Of a stretch of 46,879 nt of DNA, positions 44,242 to 46,879 are shown piece by piece. The DNA comes from a virus (lineage: Duplodnaviria; Caudoviricetes): the IMG/VR virus record IMGVR_UViG_3300015370_000022, positions 1 to 46,879 of that record, one strand, 5' to 3'. The notes under the pieces are model-generated. The model was given only the letters and a program-made list of their open reading frames with translations. It searched no databases and was not told the origin of the DNA. A program made the translations under genes and the position numbers. Positions within the stretch are counted from its first letter, which is position 1. Every line of letters begins with the position of its first letter.

Positions 44242-44534
44242 GGAAAACACCATTAAGAAAGGTTAGTAGCAAGCAGGCAATTCTGGATAAAGAGTGGCGT
44301 GAGACGACCCTTTTGAAGTGGGCTGAACAGGGTCGCAAGTGCTCTTGGTGTTCTCGCCATATTACATATCCTGTCGGGCATCACATTAAGAGGCGAAGTA
44401 GGGGAAGGAATGATAGTTTAGAAAATTGTTATGTATGCCATTATGTTTGCCATTCCGAAATCCACGACAATAATGTAGATGTATCTTTTTATAAAACTAG
44501 GCAAGAATGGCTTGATAGGAATAAAACTACTTGA
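44238..44534 (+). CDS. small HNH nuclease (NinG-like)
   Basis: MRKTPLRKVS, CSWC, HHIKRRSRG...N...CHYVCH. Confidence 0.8.
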   Translation: MRKTPLRKVSSKQAILDKEWRETTLLKWAEQGRKCSWCSRHITYPVGHHIKRRSRGRNDSLENCYVCHYVCHSEIHDNNVDVSFYKTRQEWLDRNKTT

Positions 44535-44639
44535 CATCTGTCATTATAGAAAGGTTATTGATGTGAGTGAATATCCCAATGTTGGTTCATTGCCACTAGA
44601 CCTAAAGGAGAAATGGGAGAAATTTATAGGAGGTTAACG

Positions 44640-44909
44640 ATGCTCATACCATATAAACTTGTTTTAACAGACCTTCCGATAGAGATTGATGGTAAACTCT
44701 ACAAAGCCAAAGTAGATGTAATTCTACCTCAAACAGCGTTTAGGCGTGCAATAAAGGGGCTTACTCTGGAGGAAATAATAGTAGAAAATGATGATGATAC
44801 CATTGAAGATGGGTTTGGCTCTGCTTGGTCAGCTGTGTGCCCAGAATGTGGGCTGAGGACTATGAGTGTAGTGAGACCAGGGAAAGTTCAATGTAATTAT
44901 TGTGGATAA
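44640..44909 (+). CDS. zinc-ribbon protein
   Basis: AGGAGG RBS; CPEC...VVRPGKVQCNYC. Confidence 0.7.
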   Translation: MLIPYKLVLTDLPIEIDGKLYKAKVDVILPQTAFRRAIKGLTLEEIIVENDDDTIEDGFGSAWSAVCPECGLRTMSVVRPGKVQCNYCG

Positions 44910-45075
44910 AGGAGGGTAACAATGAAAGCATTTGCGGTTGAGCTATCTGAGGAAGCAGTGGCAGAAATTAGGGAGCTATACAATCTCAAAACTGATGCTG
45001 AGGTGAGGGAGCGATTACAATACTGGGTTGATTTAGCAATAGATAAAACCATTATCAAAACAGTGGAGGCTAAAG

Positions 45076-45339
45076 ATGAATGACAAACCTTCGTTCGGGG
45101 ATATGCCGAGTGCGGGGATTTGGAAAGACCATCCTCAACATGAACGGGAGAGGACAGAGATGTGGCGTCCCGGTAATTGGGAAAATCCACACGATACACC
45201 AATGGCAAGTTTGGCTAGTATCTATGAAGCTGGAGCAGATGCTATCTTGACCTGCCTAATAAAAGATGGTATACTTGATATAAATAAGCTAAAGGAGCAA
45301 GGGTATGGCAGTCAGAATACACAGGGACAAATTGAATGA
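45076..45339 (+). CDS. hypothetical protein (WRPxxWxNP...YEAGADA)
   Basis: GGAGG RBS; 87 aa. Confidence 0.65.
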   Translation: MNDKPSFGDMPSAGIWKDHPQHERERTEMWRPGNWENPHDTPMASLASIYEAGADAILTCLIKDGILDINKLKEQGYGSQNTQGQIE

Positions 45340-45994
45340 GCTTTACTGGGACAAAGGATTATCCACAATCCAAATAGCGAATATGTATGAAACATCTCAC
45401 TCTACAATTCGTAATAGAATGATTGAACTTAGTATCCCACGCAGATTAAATACTAACCATATAAAAGGGAAACATCATAGCGAGGAAGCGAAGCGTAAAA
45501 TGTCCGAAACTCAACTCGGAGAAAAATCTAATAATTGGAAGGGAGGACGGAGTATAGATGCCCACGGCTATATTAGAATTTTAATTGATGCTGACAGTCC
45601 ATATTATCCCATGGCTCACAAAGCCAAGAATAGGAGAAGAACTAGAGACATAACAGAACATCGGCTTATAATGGCACAGTATTTGGGAAGGTGCTTATAT
45701 CCGTGGGAAGTGGTTCATCATATCAATGGTAATAAAACTGATAATCGCATTGAGAATTTGCGATTGATGTCGTCTGTAACTGAGCATATGCCCTCCATGA
45801 ATCACGAAAGATTTTTAGAGCAATTGAAACGAGAATCTTATGAGCAGGGCGAACGTGATATGCACGAAGCAGATGTGGAGTGGTTAGAGGAGCATAGAGT
45901 TGCTGGCTTTTCTTTGGTTGAAGGTATCGGTAAGTGCGTAGTTATACCTTATACAGACTGGCAAGAGTTTACAGGAGAGAAGGATGCCAGATGA
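45305..45994 (+). CDS. HNH endonuclease with HTH and NUMOD3 domains and a C-terminal extension
   Basis: LYWDKGLSTIQIA HTH, HSEEAKRKMS, NWKGG, EHRLIMA, VHHINGNKTDNRIENL. Confidence 0.9.
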   Translation: MAVRIHRDKLNELYWDKGLSTIQIANMYETSHSTIRNRMIELSIPRRLNTNHIKGKHHSEEAKRKMSETQLGEKSNNWKGGRSIDAHGYIRILIDADSPYYPMAHKAKNRRRTRDITEHRLIMAQYLGRCLYPWEVVHHINGNKTDNRIENLRLMSSVTEHMPSMNHERFLEQLKRESYEQGERDMHEADVEWLEEHRVAGFSLVEGIGKCVVIPYTDWQEFTGEKDAR

Positions 45995-46841
45995 CTTAAA
46001 GGATAACATTGTAAAAGGCGAACCAATTTATTACGCCCATACGTTAAGCCCTAAATTTAAGGAGTTAATTGTTGTTCCTATCTCAGACGCTCATTATGGC
46101 AACCCATTATTCTCAAAACATCACTTTGCAAAGACCATCAATCTAGTAGAAAGTAAGCCTAATATCTACATTGTTTTGGTTGGCGATTTATGCGAATCAT
46201 CTTTGAGAACTTCTAAGGGGGAGATTTATAAGCAAGTGGGTTCACCACAAGAGCAGAGGGATTGGATAATTAAACAGTTAGACCCTATCAAGAAAAAGAT
46301 ACTAGGTATGGTTACAGGCAACCATGAGCAGAGAATTTGGAATGAGGCTGGTATAGATATAAGCAAGGATATTGCTGTGTCTCTTGGTATTCCCTACCGA
46401 CCAGAGGGGATATTATTAAAAATCTCTTTTGGGGATGGTAATAAAAGTGTAGAAGGCAGACCTTTTGTTTACTGGGGCTATTGCACTCATGGATATGGGG
46501 GAGCGAGAACTAAATCAGCAAAGGCAGTTAAGGTTGAGAGAGTAGCTAATTGGATTCACTCGGATTTTTACATAATGTCGCATGACCACGTAGTCAATGT
46601 TGCTCCTGATGTTTACTTACTACCAGATAATCGGACTAGAGATGAATTAGATAGTGATGGCAATAAGACTGGCTTTTCTATAGGGAAAGTGGTAGCTCAC
46701 CGCAAGATGCTGATTAAAACAAACGCCTATCTAAAATTTGGCGGATATAGCGAAATGGGTGGCTTCCCGCCAGTGGACTTAGAACCAGTGGTAATAAAAT
46801 TAAGTGGTCAAGGAAAACCAAACGTGAGAGTAGAGGTCTAG
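45984..46841 (+). CDS. calcineurin-like metallophosphoesterase
   Basis: SDAHYG, GDL, GNHE, THG and SHDH motifs. Confidence 0.9.
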   Translation: MPDDLKDNIVKGEPIYYAHTLSPKFKELIVVPISDAHYGNPLFSKHHFAKTINLVESKPNIYIVLVGDLCESSLRTSKGEIYKQVGSPQEQRDWIIKQLDPIKKKILGMVTGNHEQRIWNEAGIDISKDIAVSLGIPYRPEGILLKISFGDGNKSVEGRPFVYWGYCTHGYGGARTKSAKAVKVERVANWIHSDFYIMSHDHVVNVAPDVYLLPDNRTRDELDSDGNKTGFSIGKVVAHRKMLIKTNAYLKFGGYSEMGGFPPVDLEPVVIKLSGQGKPNVRVEV

Positions 46842-46879
46842 TTAGATGCACAAAGTAAGAGATGAGTTTATAGACTTGG

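Larger units (their letters stand above)
1..46879. mobile_element. Tailed dsDNA bacteriophage genome (Caudoviricetes, podovirus-like), probably near-complete
   Basis: Terminase, portal, scaffold, capsid and tail module on the minus strand; dense small early genes, HNH/LAGLIDADG endonucleases, YopX, VRR-NUC and methylase on the plus strand; no host housekeeping genes. Confidence 0.95.

Noticed and set aside
46842-46879. Exact circular join of the window ends
   Set aside because: No terminal repeat seen and the reading frames across the join are ambiguous, so completeness cannot be shown from sequence alone
1-46879. Stop-codon reassignment, tRNA genes, integrase or att site
   Set aside because: Core genes are intact in the standard code and all three stops are used; no cloverleaf or recombinase motif was recognised by eye (tRNAscan and HMM searches would be decisive)

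Overview
This window looks like a near-complete genome of a tailed dsDNA bacteriophage with a podovirus-like layout (no tape measure gene seen; large internal virion proteins). A minus-strand virion operon (about 5997-27564) encodes small and large terminase, portal, ejection-type proteins, scaffold, major capsid and adaptor/tail proteins. It converges on a plus-strand early/middle region (28585-46841, then 1-5994) with many small genes, a RecA-fold ATPase behind an iteron-like origin, a radical SAM enzyme, a VRR-NUC nuclease, a metallophosphoesterase, a split N4-C/N6-A DNA methyltransferase and a possible peptidase/holin pair. No integrase, DNA polymerase, tRNA or CRISPR array was recognised. 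Two systems stand out. (1) In the early region (29.5-31.7 kb) a type II hammerhead ribozyme is followed by three rRNA boxA-like motifs and four genes each enclosed by its own 16-31 bp long-range RNA stem, resembling rRNA-operon architecture applied to mRNAs. (2) Four HNH homing-endonuclease cassettes carry their own sigma70-type promoters and keep a second, host-direction reading frame open across their whole length, apparently to preserve or restart translation of the invaded gene without splicing. All calls are from reading the sequence by eye; no database search or folding program was run.
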